64,000 nucleotides of DNA from an uncultured candidate division WWE3 bacterium (lineage in GTDB: Bacteria > Patescibacteriota > WWE3 > UBA101185 > UBA10185): positions 32,505 through 96,504 of the forward strand of contig CAIRNR010000006.1 of the NCBI GenBank assembly GCA_903879985.1, given 5' to 3'. Under the pieces are notes generated by a model. The model searched no databases, was not told the DNA's origin, and saw only the letters and a list, made by a program, of their open reading frames with translations. Each line of letters opens with the position of its first letter. Within the stretch, counting starts at the first letter, position 1. Positions 37,436 to 48,192 of this stretch are shown here, in pieces. The position numbers were made by a program, and so were the translations under genes.

Positions 37436-38983
37436 ATGAAGCGAACACAACTTTTAATTATATTACTAGTAACTGCTGTTCTATTTGCTATTCTTTTCCC
37501 TATTTCATCGAGAATTAATTTTTATCAAAACGATGACTGGATATATTACCGAACCGTAAAAGATTTTATGCATGGCTATTTTATAATAAATGGCTACATT
37601 GAAACTTCTTTTTACACTCAGGGGTTTTTAGGTTTGGGTTTCGCAAAACTTTTTGGACTTCAACATCTACCTGTACTTACGCTAATATTTTCGGTTCTTA
37701 ACTTTGGCATTTTCACTTTAATTTTAAATAAGTTTTATGTTAAAAAAACGCTGGATGCCATTTTAATTGGCCTGATTTTCTTTTTATCGCCATTGCACAT
37801 TTACGCAACCTTAGGATTTATGACCGACAATTATTTTTTGTTTTTTGCACTAGTGGCGATATACCTTATGGAAGAATTCCTTCACACTAAAAAGCAAATT
37901 TATCTAATACCTTTTTTTGTTGTAATTCTGCTGGGCTTTTTTGTCCGCCAATTGGAAATAGCAGTTCCTGTTACATTAGTCGCGTATTTGTTTATTACAA
38001 AAGAATTTAAACAGGCGCTAAAAGTAGGAATTCCAACCGCAATTTTACTAATATACTATTTCTTTTTTTACGGAAAAACCGAAGCAATGGCACAAAATCA
38101 GAACTTTGTGATTTCAAACCTTTTAGATTTTCAATATACTTTTGACACCATTTATGTCTCTTTATTTTATGCGGTATGTTTTATTTTACCCATCACAATC
38201 TTTTTACCATTTTATAATAGAGAAAAATTAAAAAGACCAGTTTACATAGTGCTATTTATAGCGGCAGTTATAGGTGTTTATTTTGCAATAACATTTTTTT
38301 ATAAACCTACCAGATTTTACATGCCTGAAATGTTCTATTTAAAAAACACAGTTACAAAAACAGGCTTTTTTACAAGCGAAAGTTTGGGAAAACACGCAAC
38401 TATAATAGGGGATAACACTTTGTATTTTTACTGGCGACTAATAACCAATATTACTTTGGCAATAACGATTGTGTGTCTGCTGCTAACCAAAAAAAAGCTT
38501 CTAAATTACTACACGGTTTTTGGTGTTTTATACATTGGTTTAATGTGTGTTATGCAAGATTTGTACGATAGATATTTTTTAATATTAATTCCCGTAATCA
38601 TACTGGCAATCATAAACGCGTCTTCACAATTTAAGCTTAATTGGTGGATACGCACAGTCTTTATTGTGTTTATCGCGACCATGACCTTTTATTTATACAA
38701 CATAAGCATGGACTTTTTACTTACAAACAATAGTGTGTGGCAAAAATCAAATGATTTAGTCGTCACAACCAACGTTAAACCAACACTTATTGGCGCAGGA
38801 TCAGGATGGCAAAGAACGTATTTTAATCCAACAGCAAGATATAAATATGTGTTTATGTTTAAGAGTCTTCCCGAAACGCCCTCAATGCAGATTACATTTC
38901 AACCTTACGATTCTTATAATATCTGGTACCCATTTGATTTTTATTCTAGCCATAATATATATGTATATAAGAGGCGTCTTTAA
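37436..38983 (+). CDS. GT-C type polytopic membrane glycosyltransferase
   Basis: NDDW.Y loop, FMTD, RQ, YDRY motifs; many TM helices. Confidence 0.8.
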   Translation: MKRTQLLIILLVTAVLFAILFPISSRINFYQNDDWIYYRTVKDFMHGYFIINGYIETSFYTQGFLGLGFAKLFGLQHLPVLTLIFSVLNFGIFTLILNKFYVKKTLDAILIGLIFFLSPLHIYATLGFMTDNYFLFFALVAIYLMEEFLHTKKQIYLIPFFVVILLGFFVRQLEIAVPVTLVAYLFITKEFKQALKVGIPTAILLIYYFFFYGKTEAMAQNQNFVISNLLDFQYTFDTIYVSLFYAVCFILPITIFLPFYNREKLKRPVYIVLFIAAVIGVYFAITFFYKPTRFYMPEMFYLKNTVTKTGFFTSESLGKHATIIGDNTLYFYWRLITNITLAITIVCLLLTKKKLLNYYTVFGVLYIGLMCVMQDLYDRYFLILIPVIILAIINASSQFKLNWWIRTVFIVFIATMTFYLYNISMDFLLTNNSVWQKSNDLVVTTNVKPTLIGAGSGWQRTYFNPTARYKYVFMFKSLPETPSMQITFQPYDSYNIWYPFDFYSSHNIYVYKRRL

Positions 38984-39006
38984 TAGTACAATACCCAACA
39001 TACTGT

Positions 39007-40128
39007 ATGAATACTAAATTGAGTTCACTTACAATTTTTTTTCCTTTTTACAACGACTCGGGAACAGTAGAAGAATCTATAGATTTGGCTTACAAAATAG
39101 GCCGTGAATATACAGATGATTTGGAAGTTATAGCAATCCACGGCGGTCCATCAAAAGACGATACATTCGACAAAATTAAAGAAATGCAAAAAAAATATCC
39201 CAAACTTGTTATTGTAGACAAAACTGATAACACCGAAGGCTATGCTGTAATAAAAAACGGCTTTAACGCAGCAACAAAAGATTGGGTGTTTTATACCGAC
39301 GGCGACCGACAATATCACATGGAAAACGATTTTCAAAAGCTTGTAAAAGCACAGTTTAAAACAGATGCCGATATTGTGAACGGTTATAAAAAAGAGCGTG
39401 GTGACAACGTTGTACGACTATTTCTTGGAAACGCGTACGCAACAATAAGCTCGCTTTTATTTGAACTTCCAATCCGCGACACCGACTGCGATTTCCGACT
39501 TATGCGCATGTCAAAAATGAAAAAAATAACATTGGAAAGCCACGACGCATCAATATTACCCGAGCTTATTAAAAAACTTCAAATCGCCGGTGCCAAATTT
39601 ACAGAAGTGCCTGTTAGTCATTTCGAAAGAGTTTACGGAAAATCTAATTACACAGCTTTTAGTTTGCTCAAAGAGAAAGTGCTTGGCGACTTTAAGTTGT
39701 ACATGAAAATGAGAAAAATAAAAAAAGGTGGCGGTTACCGCATAATTTCTTTTGGAATGATCGGCGTTGTAAGCGTTGTTTTACAAACCGTAAGTTTTAA
39801 CTTTTTACTTTTGTTTTCGGCAATACAACCTGCGGCTGCCACAGTTTTGTCAGATCAACTTGTTATTGTGATTTCGTTTATCTTAAATAACTCACTAACA
39901 TTTCGAAACAAGCTGGCACTTCAAGCATCATTGCTAAAAAAATTCGTTCAGTTTTATATTACAGTTATTGTGTCAACGCTTGTCCAAGCTCTAATTGTAT
40001 ATATAGGAACTTCAATGTTTGGAAATAATATTATCGTTTCAAATGTTTCGTTTGTAATTGGCTTGGGAATCGGCTTTTTGTGGAACTACACTATTCAAAG
40101 TAGAATCATTTGGAAAAAGCAGGGTTAA
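39007..40128 (+). CDS. GT2 polyprenol-phosphate glycosyltransferase fused to a GtrA-like flippase
   Basis: FFPFYN, S.DDT, YTDGD.Q, DTDCDFRL; C-terminal 4-TM GtrA (N...TF, WNY....IIW). Confidence 0.88.
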   Translation: MNTKLSSLTIFFPFYNDSGTVEESIDLAYKIGREYTDDLEVIAIHGGPSKDDTFDKIKEMQKKYPKLVIVDKTDNTEGYAVIKNGFNAATKDWVFYTDGDRQYHMENDFQKLVKAQFKTDADIVNGYKKERGDNVVRLFLGNAYATISSLLFELPIRDTDCDFRLMRMSKMKKITLESHDASILPELIKKLQIAGAKFTEVPVSHFERVYGKSNYTAFSLLKEKVLGDFKLYMKMRKIKKGGGYRIISFGMIGVVSVVLQTVSFNFLLLFSAIQPAAATVLSDQLVIVISFILNNSLTFRNKLALQASLLKKFVQFYITVIVSTLVQALIVYIGTSMFGNNIIVSNVSFVIGLGIGFLWNYTIQSRIIWKKQG

Positions 40129-40171
40129 AAAGCTCCGTGTTTACGTTAGCACCTAAGTTAACGCGGCGACG

Positions 40172-41674
40172 CTAGGCTAAAGCTTCAAACTTATTCATCA
40201 CCTCAACCACTTTATAAATTTCAGCCTCAGTATTCGAATACGAAATAGGCAAACTCAAAATTGTTTCGTGAATCTTTTCGGCTATTGGATAATCTCCTGT
40301 TAAAATTCCTTGCATAGCTTTTTGTTTATGAGGAGGAAGCGGGTAGTGAATATCGGTTTTTATACCGTTATCCAGCAAATATTTTTTAAGTTCATCTCGG
40401 CGCTCGTGACGAATCGCGTAAATATGATAAACATCAAAGTAATCGTCATCAACAATAGGTTTTATAAATTTATCACTTAGATTTTTATTATAAATATCAG
40501 CTAGTTTTCGTTTATGGGCATTGATTTTGTCTAAACTCTTTAACTTAACCGACAAAAATCCTGCTTGTACTTCATCGAGTCTGGAATTTATTCCAACATA
40601 ATCGTTGTAATACTTTTTAAATGAACCATAGTTGCGCAAAGCCATAACTTTGTCGTAATACATATAATTTTTGCAAATAACGGCACCCGCATCACCTAAG
40701 GCACCAAGATTTTTTGTTGGGTAAAAACTGAACGCACCAAAATCACCAAATGTTCCGGTTTTAACGCCTTTGTACATAGCACCATGGGATTGCGCGCAGT
40801 CTTCGATAACAACTAAACCGTTATCGTTTGCAATCTTTAAAATCGGCGTCATATCGCAGGATTTGCCGTACAGGTGCACGGGCATTATAGCTTTTGTTTT
40901 TTTGGTTATTTTCTCAGCAATTTTTGTCGGGTCGATGTTGTAGGTAGTTATATCGGGCTCAACTAAAACAGGTTTTAGGCCGGCATTAAGTATGGCTAAA
41001 ATAGTAGCAATATACGTATTGGAAGGAACTATAACTTCGCTGTCAGCAGGCATGTCTAAATTTTTTAATGCTAACAACGAAAGTGTAAGTGCGTCCAAAC
41101 CGTTAGCTACACCTAGACATTTTCCTGATTGCAAATAGTTTTGAAATTCTTGTTCAAAGTTTTTTACGTTATTACCTAAAACAAAATATCCGGAGTTTAA
41201 AACTTCATCAAACTTTGCTTTGTAATCATTCATAAATTCTTTGTTAACCTTGTATAAGTTTTCGTATTCAATAAAGTCCGGGTATTCGTCGTCAATGTAA
41301 TCTTGTAAATTATAAAGTTCGGATGATAGAACTAATAAAACAGATGTTTCATCCAAACCAACCATTGTGTGCCAATCAGCAGGTTCTAAAAGTAAACAAT
41401 CATCAGGAGAACTTAAAACGTATGTTTCTTTTTTAACACCATTATTAGTGTAAATGCTGTAAGAACCGGACGTGCAAATTAAAGCTTGTCGTGTTTTTAT
41501 ATGTCTATGCCCACCTCGTTCAACGTGATTACTTCCGTAAATATAAAAAACTCTTTTTACTTCAAAGGGAATATCTTTGTTATTTTCTAAAATGGATAAA
41601 TATCCTCGTGCAACGTCTGCTGCTTCGCCAGTTCTTTTTGTTGTGTACGTTCTTATCTTTATAAGCTTAGCCAT
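40172..41674 (-). CDS. FdtA-like sugar 3,4-ketoisomerase fused to a DegT/FdtB PLP aminotransferase
   Basis: [23 protein letters not shown]; [34 protein letters not shown]. Confidence 0.92.
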   Translation of the reverse strand: MAKLIKIRTYTTKRTGEAADVARGYLSILENNKDIPFEVKRVFYIYGSNHVERGGHRHIKTRQALICTSGSYSIYTNNGVKKETYVLSSPDDCLLLEPADWHTMVGLDETSVLLVLSSELYNLQDYIDDEYPDFIEYENLYKVNKEFMNDYKAKFDEVLNSGYFVLGNNVKNFEQEFQNYLQSGKCLGVANGLDALTLSLLALKNLDMPADSEVIVPSNTYIATILAILNAGLKPVLVEPDITTYNIDPTKIAEKITKKTKAIMPVHLYGKSCDMTPILKIANDNGLVVIEDCAQSHGAMYKGVKTGTFGDFGAFSFYPTKNLGALGDAGAVICKNYMYYDKVMALRNYGSFKKYYNDYVGINSRLDEVQAGFLSVKLKSLDKINAHKRKLADIYNKNLSDKFIKPIVDDDYFDVYHIYAIRHERRDELKKYLLDNGIKTDIHYPLPPHKQKAMQGILTGDYPIAEKIHETILSLPISYSNTEAEIYKVVEVMNKFEALA

Positions 41675-41722
41675 ATTTTGTTGGTACAGTATATCACCGC
41701 GTTTTGTGAAAACAATGCGGCT

Positions 41723-42934
41723 CTATTCTTTTTCAGCTGTGTCTATTCCAACGTACTTTGCTAAAACTTTAATTTCTCGATCCGCAAAATTTTGTTTTTT
41801 AAGCAGTTGCATACCAATAGCACCCCAACGACTTTTAACTATTTCTTTAGCAATAATATCAAGCTCAGGTCCAGATAAAGGTAGCTTTTGTATAACAACA
41901 TTTGGAAAGCCATAGTTAACAATACGTTCGCCATATTGCACTAACAAGTTGTTGGGAATATCCGCAGGAAACCTTAAAACAATTAAATTATTTTCATTAT
42001 CACCACCAGTTTCAGAGCCACCGATAAGGTCCCGCACAGTATCAATAAATGCGACTTCCTTTGCAACATCAGCACCTAAAGTAAATGATTCCATTGAAGC
42101 ACCTGCATAAGTTCTGCCAAAATCCGAGGCCTTACCGGTATACTGCACAGCGCCTGTGGGACTATTACGCGTAAGTTCCAGTAATCTGCTTAACTCATCA
42201 GCCGTATAAGCTTTGACTTCAACAACGCCGACACCCGCACCTTCAGCATTTACTAATATGCCATCCGGTATAACTGTGGAAGCAAATATTTCTCCAGCAG
42301 GAAATTTTCCCTTACCTTCTTTTACTTCACCGTAGACCATACCTTCTTTAAACTCCCTGGTAATAGTTTCTTCCGTACGTGCCAAATACTCTTGAAGTAG
42401 TCTTTGACGTTCTTCGTATGAAACTTTTGGTGCGTGATTTTTACGGCGTTCTTCCTCAAATTTTTCAATTAATATTTTGTTATGCAATGGATCGGCACCA
42501 AACAAATGCATCGGGTGTTCTTCAAAAGATGTGTTAAGGGCTGTTCCTAAAACATCACCTTTTCTGTTTGTAGGCGATTCAACATAATCTCGGGGTGAAA
42601 TTATATTTAAATCTGCCAGAGGGATCTCACGTGAAGAATATACAGTTTCAGCCATTGAAACTGGCAAACGATCACCAACATATTCAGCAAAAAAACCTCT
42701 AAGACCACCAACCATACGTTGCGTGGAAGCTTCTTCATTCCATGGAATACCTTTAACCCTACTAAAACTTAGTGACCACTTCAACCTCGAAAGTGTCTCT
42801 TCACAAGCGCCTTCATCCTTTAAAACTTCGGTATAAATTTTCTGTGCAAATTCTTGCTTAGCCTCGTCTGAAGAAATTGGTGCTTCTGTCGCAACAGGTA
42901 ACTGATCTAAAGACATGTTTATAGGTGTAGTCAT
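41723..42934 (-). CDS. Hypothetical protein with possible PD-(D/E)XK motif
   Basis: PDGIL...VVEVK; ATG 42934 lies 6 nt after CATAAT. Confidence 0.65.
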   Translation of the reverse strand: MTTPINMSLDQLPVATEAPISSDEAKQEFAQKIYTEVLKDEGACEETLSRLKWSLSFSRVKGIPWNEEASTQRMVGGLRGFFAEYVGDRLPVSMAETVYSSREIPLADLNIISPRDYVESPTNRKGDVLGTALNTSFEEHPMHLFGADPLHNKILIEKFEEERRKNHAPKVSYEERQRLLQEYLARTEETITREFKEGMVYGEVKEGKGKFPAGEIFASTVIPDGILVNAEGAGVGVVEVKAYTADELSRLLELTRNSPTGAVQYTGKASDFGRTYAGASMESFTLGADVAKEVAFIDTVRDLIGGSETGGDNENNLIVLRFPADIPNNLLVQYGERIVNYGFPNVVIQKLPLSGPELDIIAKEIVKSRWGAIGMQLLKKQNFADREIKVLAKYVGIDTAEKE

Positions 42935-42962
42935 ACAAAAATTATGACTGTATACTAAACCT

Positions 42963-43346
42963 ATGTCAAAACTTGTTATAAACATTCAAAAAGAATCCTT
43001 AGAAAATAATTATTTCCGTAGAGTAGTTACCACGTCGCCAAACAGTCAGCTTGTAGTTATGTCCTTAAAACCAATGGAAGAAATTGGTATGGAGGTTCAC
43101 GTTGTTGATCAATTTTTTAGAGTAGAGCAGGGAAGTGGAAAAGCAGTTTTAGATGGTGAAGAATTCGTTTTAGAAAATGATTTTGCCGTAGTTATTCCTG
43201 CTGGAACCCAACATAATATTATAAATACTTCGGCGACCGAAGAAATGAAACTGTATACCATATATAGTCCGGCACATCATACCGACGGCATGGTTCATAA
43301 AACCAAAGAAGATGCTAAAGCGGATGAAGCAGAAGAAATTAATTAG
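42963..43346 (+). CDS. Cupin domain protein
   Basis: EIGMEVH..DQFFRVE.G.G, IPAG..HN, LYTIYSP.HH. Confidence 0.92.
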   Translation: MSKLVINIQKESLENNYFRRVVTTSPNSQLVVMSLKPMEEIGMEVHVVDQFFRVEQGSGKAVLDGEEFVLENDFAVVIPAGTQHNIINTSATEEMKLYTIYSPAHHTDGMVHKTKEDAKADEAEEIN

Positions 43347-43353
43347 TTTATAA

Positions 43354-44262
43354 ATGCCCGTGTCTACAAAAACATATTGGATAAAATTGGGAATACTTTC
43401 TTTTCTACTCGCACTAGAAACGTACGGTTTGGTTTTTGTTATCGACCAATTCGTTTTAACCCAAAATTACTTTGGTATTGATTGGCAATTTACCTTAATA
43501 TCCATGCTACTAATGTTGGCAATTTTGCACACGTACGCCTTAACCATGGGCGCTTGGAATCAGTTTTCCCACAGCATTATTCCTGCCACCGGAATTTCCT
43601 TAGGTATTTTTGCAGCACTTTTCACACACAGCCTGTATTACACCAGCTTAATCACAGTATTTTCGTGGTTAATCTTGGTTTACGACGGTTATCAGTCGTA
43701 CAAAACTAAGAACATGCTTATTAAGTTTGATCCAAGGTTGATATTTTCGATTAGTGCACAAGGAATACTTTTAATAGTAAGTCTTTTAGCCGGGGTATTA
43801 GTGCTTTTTGAATCAGCAGGTATAACAACAGTAGATATTAGTAAAAAAGTCACAGCGTTGGTCTCACAGCCCGTAAAAACAGCGGTTGAAGCACAGCTAA
43901 AGAATCAATTTGATACTCAAATGAATAACTTCGGCGGAACCTTTGGCTCGGACGCACTTCAAAATATTCTCTCAACCTACGGTATTTCTACAGACAATGC
44001 TGATTCCTTTGTAACAACAGAGAATCTTGGGATAAACTTTGATCAAATTATTCAAGACCAAATAAATAAAGTATTGGCACCATACCAAGCTTTTATTTTA
44101 CCGGTTATAGCCCTGATTATATTCGGGCTATTACAGTTTATGGCGTTTTTTGTGATGATTTTATTTAAAATGACCAGCGGAATGGTGTTTTCGGCAGCTA
44201 TTGCCACGGGATTGCTGCACAAAAGTACGATAACGGTTCAAAAGGAAGAGTTAAACTTTTAA
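43354..44262 (+). CDS. Hypothetical polytopic membrane protein
   Basis: About 6 hydrophobic segments. Confidence 0.75.
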   Translation: MPVSTKTYWIKLGILSFLLALETYGLVFVIDQFVLTQNYFGIDWQFTLISMLLMLAILHTYALTMGAWNQFSHSIIPATGISLGIFAALFTHSLYYTSLITVFSWLILVYDGYQSYKTKNMLIKFDPRLIFSISAQGILLIVSLLAGVLVLFESAGITTVDISKKVTALVSQPVKTAVEAQLKNQFDTQMNNFGGTFGSDALQNILSTYGISTDNADSFVTTENLGINFDQIIQDQINKVLAPYQAFILPVIALIIFGLLQFMAFFVMILFKMTSGMVFSAAIATGLLHKSTITVQKEELNF

Positions 44263-44270
44263 GCCTCCCG

Positions 44271-44942
44271 TTAACCTTCAATGCTTTGCGCATTTTCCAA
44301 CCTATAATCACCAATTGCAGTACGAACCAAAGAAAACATAACACCTTCAGTTCCAAATGCCTTTGCAATATCTACAGCCAGCGAACGTATGTACGTTCCG
44401 GACGAGCAAGTTATTTTTATTTTAATCGTGGGAAGTAGCACAGCACCTTTATCCGTTACCACAGAAGTCTCATAAACGCCCAAATTTTGAATGTCAAATA
44501 TTGTTATGTGCTTAACAGGGAGCGCAATTCCTTCCATTCTGCCATGTCGGGCCTCTTTATATAAAACTTTGCCGTTAACTTTTTTGGCTGAATATGCAGG
44601 AGCTGTTTGGTCTTGCTCGCCGATAAAACTTTCTAATATGCTTCCAACTTTTTCCTGCACTTCCGTCATCGAAGGAATGTTGGCGGATAAAATCGGAATC
44701 TGTTCCATGTCATAAGTTTCAGAAAAAGCTCCAAGCACAACTTCCGAAATATATTCTTTGCGTTGTTCCATAAATTCAGTTTGTTTTTTTGTATCAGCGT
44801 CGGTAAGTATAAGCAGTACACCGGTAGCCAACGGATCAAGTGTTCCAGCATGTCCAATATGCTTTGTATTAAGTTTTTTTCTCATATAGGACACAACATC
44901 AAAGCTTGTCCATGTTCTTGGTTTGTTTATGTTTATGATCAC
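44271..44942 (-). CDS. truB: tRNA pseudouridine(55) synthase
   Basis: INKP...TSFDVV, GHAGTLDPLATGVL, SAKK..G..LY, CSSGTYIRSL; GTG 44942 lies 6 nt after TATAAT. Confidence 0.95.
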   Translation of the reverse strand: MIININKPRTWTSFDVVSYMRKKLNTKHIGHAGTLDPLATGVLLILTDADTKKQTEFMEQRKEYISEVVLGAFSETYDMEQIPILSANIPSMTEVQEKVGSILESFIGEQDQTAPAYSAKKVNGKVLYKEARHGRMEGIALPVKHITIFDIQNLGVYETSVVTDKGAVLLPTIKIKITCSSGTYIRSLAVDIAKAFGTEGVMFSLVRTAIGDYRLENAQSIEG

Positions 44943-45182
44943 GGGTTGATTATAGCGCACAACTTCTTTTTTATTGACTCCTTTCCCAAACAAGCGTAAA
45001 AAATATATATGGTATTCGCCAGTCAGTTCTCAACTTTATTAACTACAACTACTACCCCTCAAAGGGGTTAATTTCGTAACTACAATTAAACTATACGTTT
45101 CAACCAATTTTCATATATATCCCTTACAGGGATGTACTCTCACCAACGTTCGAGTATAATTAGTTCAAAATAGGAAAACCTT

Positions 45183-46991
45183 ATGTCAGAACAAAAACAA
45201 AAAGTAATAGAAAAACTAATAAATGATCCATTAATGCCTTTAAGACATTCTGCAGAGCATGTACTTCACATGAGTATTGAGTCTTTGTACCCAGGTGCAA
45301 AAAAGGTTATGGGGCCCCCAATTGAAAACGGTTTCTACGGTGATTTTGATGTTGAAGCTAAAATTTCCCAAGAAGACTTTGAAAAGATTGAAGCACGCAT
45401 GCAGGAGATTATTAACGCCAAATTGTCTGTGATACTAAAAGAAGTATCCGCAGAAGACGCAAAGCAATTATTTAAAGACAATCAATACAAAATGGAGTTT
45501 GTGAACGAATTTGCTGGTCAGGGTAAAAACATTACAGTCTGTGAAATAGGTGATTCAACCTCAAAATTCCACGATGTAGACCTATGCGCCGGACCTCATA
45601 TTAACAATACAGGCGATATAAAAGCTTTTAAGATTCTAAACGTGGCAGGTGCCTACTGGCGAGGTGACGAAAAGAACAAAATGTTAACCAGAATTTACGC
45701 AACAGCCTTTGATTCCAAGGAAAATTTACAAAAATACCTGGATTTACAAGAAGAAATCAAAAAACGTGACCACCGCAAAATTGGTAAGGATATGGACCTT
45801 TTCGCCTTTTCTGATTTGGTAGGTAAAGGATTACCTTTGTTTACCGAAAGAGGAACAACTATTTACAGAGAGCTTTCCAGATTTGTCGTAGACGAAGAAA
45901 TAAAACGCGGCTACAAGCATGTACATACACCAAACGTCGCCAAAACCGATTTATATAGAAAATCAGGTCACTATCCTTATTACAAAGAAACTATGTATCC
46001 TCCAATGCAAATAGATGAAGACGAACTGATATTAAGGCCAATGACGTGCCCTCATCATTTTGCCTTATACATGAGTAAACCAAGAAGTTATAAAGAATTA
46101 CCTATTAGATATGCTGAATTAGCGCAACTTTACCGTTACGAGAAATCAGGTGAACTTACAGGTTTAATGCGTGTAAGAGAGTTTTGCTTAGCCGATTCAC
46201 ACAACTTTGTACGTAAAGAACAAGCAGCCGAAGAAATTGGATTAGTTCTTGATTTAATAGAAAGCTCCACAGGCGTTTTAGGCTTTAAAAAAGGCGAAGA
46301 CTACAGATATCGCTTATCCTTAGGCGACAGAAAAAACACCACAAAGTTCTATGATTCGCCAAGTGAATGGGATTATGCCGAAAACGTACTCAGAACTGTA
46401 TTAACCCAAAGAAATGCACCTTTTTACGAAGCTGAAGGCGAAGCCGCTTTCTATGGTCCAAAAATTGATATACAACTAGACAACGTTACAGGTAAAGAAG
46501 AAACGGCTTTTACAGTACAATATGACTTTGTTTTACCAAAACGATTTGAACTTGAATACGTAAACGAAAAGAACGAAATGGACCAACCGGTAGTCATTCA
46601 CAGATCGTCAATTGGAGCTATCGAAAGAACAATGGCATTTATGATCGAAAAATACGCAGGAGCATTCCCGGTTTGGCTTTCACCTCAACAGGTAGCTATA
46701 ATACCTATAGGCGAAAAGCATTTAGAGTATGCACAAAAGGTTGAACAGTTGTTTAGAGAAAAAAACATAAGAGTTTCGGTAGATTCAAGAAACGAGCCAA
46801 TGAACGCCAAAATACGAAATGCGCAAACCCTAAAAGTGCCTTATATGTTGATAATAGGGGATAGAGAAGTGGAAAATGGTACAGTTAGCGTAAGATTAAG
46901 AACCGAAGAAAACTTGGGAGCAAAGCCTATAGCCGAAGTTGTGGCTAAGGTAAGCGAAATGTATTTGACCAAGAGCCTATATTTATGGTAA
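45183..46991 (+). CDS. thrS: Threonyl-tRNA synthetase
   Basis: RHSAEH, DLCAGPH, RDHRKIG, RPMTCP.H, GLMRVREF, AFYGPKID. Confidence 0.98.
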   Translation: MSEQKQKVIEKLINDPLMPLRHSAEHVLHMSIESLYPGAKKVMGPPIENGFYGDFDVEAKISQEDFEKIEARMQEIINAKLSVILKEVSAEDAKQLFKDNQYKMEFVNEFAGQGKNITVCEIGDSTSKFHDVDLCAGPHINNTGDIKAFKILNVAGAYWRGDEKNKMLTRIYATAFDSKENLQKYLDLQEEIKKRDHRKIGKDMDLFAFSDLVGKGLPLFTERGTTIYRELSRFVVDEEIKRGYKHVHTPNVAKTDLYRKSGHYPYYKETMYPPMQIDEDELILRPMTCPHHFALYMSKPRSYKELPIRYAELAQLYRYEKSGELTGLMRVREFCLADSHNFVRKEQAAEEIGLVLDLIESSTGVLGFKKGEDYRYRLSLGDRKNTTKFYDSPSEWDYAENVLRTVLTQRNAPFYEAEGEAAFYGPKIDIQLDNVTGKEETAFTVQYDFVLPKRFELEYVNEKNEMDQPVVIHRSSIGAIERTMAFMIEKYAGAFPVWLSPQQVAIIPIGEKHLEYAQKVEQLFREKNIRVSVDSRNEPMNAKIRNAQTLKVPYMLIIGDREVENGTVSVRLRTEENLGAKPIAEVVAKVSEMYLTKSLYLW

Positions 46992-47020
46992 TTTATCTTG
47001 CGCTTAGGAGGAATTGACTT

Positions 47021-47527
47021 ATACAACCACAACATTTATTAAACGAACGAATTAGAGAACCACAATTAATGGTAATTGATGACAATGGTAAGAGCTTGGG
47101 AGTAATGGTTACTAAAGAAGCAATCGCAGCTGCAAGAGCTAAAGATCTTGACCTGTTAGTTGTTGCTCCAAACGCACAGCCTCCAGTGGCACGTTTTGTT
47201 AATTTCGCAAAGTTCTTATACGACGAGCGAAAAAAGGCAAGCGCTGCAAGAGCTAAAAGCAAAAAGAGTGAGCTTAAAGAACTAAGATTTGGCCCACGAA
47301 CAGGTGATGGAGACATAAACCGATTTATCGAAAGAGCAAAAGGTTTCATTGAAAACGGCGATAGAGTTAAGATAACAGTTAAAATGCGAGGCCGTGAAGC
47401 AATGTTTCCGGAAGTAGCAATGGAAAAGTTAAAAAAAGTTGAGGTAGGGCTTAGCGAAGTAGCAAAACCCGAAGCTCCAATCAAAAACATTGGCGGAATG
47501 CTCTGGCAAGTTTTTGTAGGTAAATAA
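47021..47527 (+). CDS. infC: Translation initiation factor IF-3, non-AUG (ATA) start
   Basis: LNERIR, DL..VAP.A.PPVAR, KELRF, RGRE; SD AGGAGG 47006-47011; in-frame TGA at 47015 bounds the start. Confidence 0.92.
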   Translation: MQPQHLLNERIREPQLMVIDDNGKSLGVMVTKEAIAAARAKDLDLLVVAPNAQPPVARFVNFAKFLYDERKKASAARAKSKKSELKELRFGPRTGDGDINRFIERAKGFIENGDRVKITVKMRGREAMFPEVAMEKLKKVEVGLSEVAKPEAPIKNIGGMLWQVFVGK

Positions 47528-47537
47528 GGACAATATT

Positions 47538-47768
47538 ATGCCAAAAATGAAAACAAGAAAAACATTAACAAAAAGAGTAAGAGTAACCAAAAATGGTTAT
47601 TTAGTAATGAAACAGACCAGAATGGGTCACTTAAAAAGAAAATTTGATTCGAGTAGAAAATTTAGAAAGAATAAACTAGTATCACAACCAAACGCTGGCC
47701 ACGTAAAAGTCATTAAAAGAATGTTGGTCAAGTTGGGTAGAGGAGTAAAAATACATGCCAAGAGTTAA
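47538..47768 (+). CDS. rpmI: 50S ribosomal protein L35
   Basis: MPKMKTRK...KR.RVT..G; between infC and rplT. Confidence 0.93.
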   Translation: MPKMKTRKTLTKRVRVTKNGYLVMKQTRMGHLKRKFDSSRKFRKNKLVSQPNAGHVKVIKRMLVKLGRGVKIHAKS

Positions 47769-48114
47769 AGGTGGAACACGCACAAGAAGAATACATAAAA
47801 AAGTTCTTAAGTTAGCTAAAGGCTACCGAGGAACAAGAAGCAGACTCTTTAAGAGAGCTAATGAGGCAGTTATAAGAGCCGGTGAACATGAATTTGCAGG
47901 ACGAAAACAAAGAAAAAGAGATATCCGCAGATTATGGATTGTCAGAATTTCAGCCGCATTAATGGGTAAAGATATAATGTATAGTCGTTTTATCAACTAT
48001 TTAGGTAAAGCTAACATTACATTAAACAGAAAAACTTTATCCGAAATGGCTATTCACGATCCAAAAGCTTTTGATGCTATTGTTGAACAAGCTAAAGCAG
48101 CTGCAACAAATTAA
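47755..48114 (+). CDS. rplT: 50S ribosomal protein L20
   Basis: MPRVK.G, AKGYRG, RRLWIVRI, LNRK.LSEMA. Confidence 0.98.
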   Translation: MPRVKGGTRTRRIHKKVLKLAKGYRGTRSRLFKRANEAVIRAGEHEFAGRKQRKRDIRRLWIVRISAALMGKDIMYSRFINYLGKANITLNRKTLSEMAIHDPKAFDAIVEQAKAAATN

Positions 48115-48192
48115 TCGCTTAGCCGGATCTAACCTAAATTTCCTTTAAATAACATACTTGTAATCGTATTTGTAAAGCTATATCTTGTTCTA

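Noticed and set aside
44943-45182. T-box or thrS operator in the truB-thrS spacer
   Set aside because: Two small hairpins and a TAACTACAA repeat exist, but there is no T-box consensus, and a -10 lies only ~22 nt upstream of thrS
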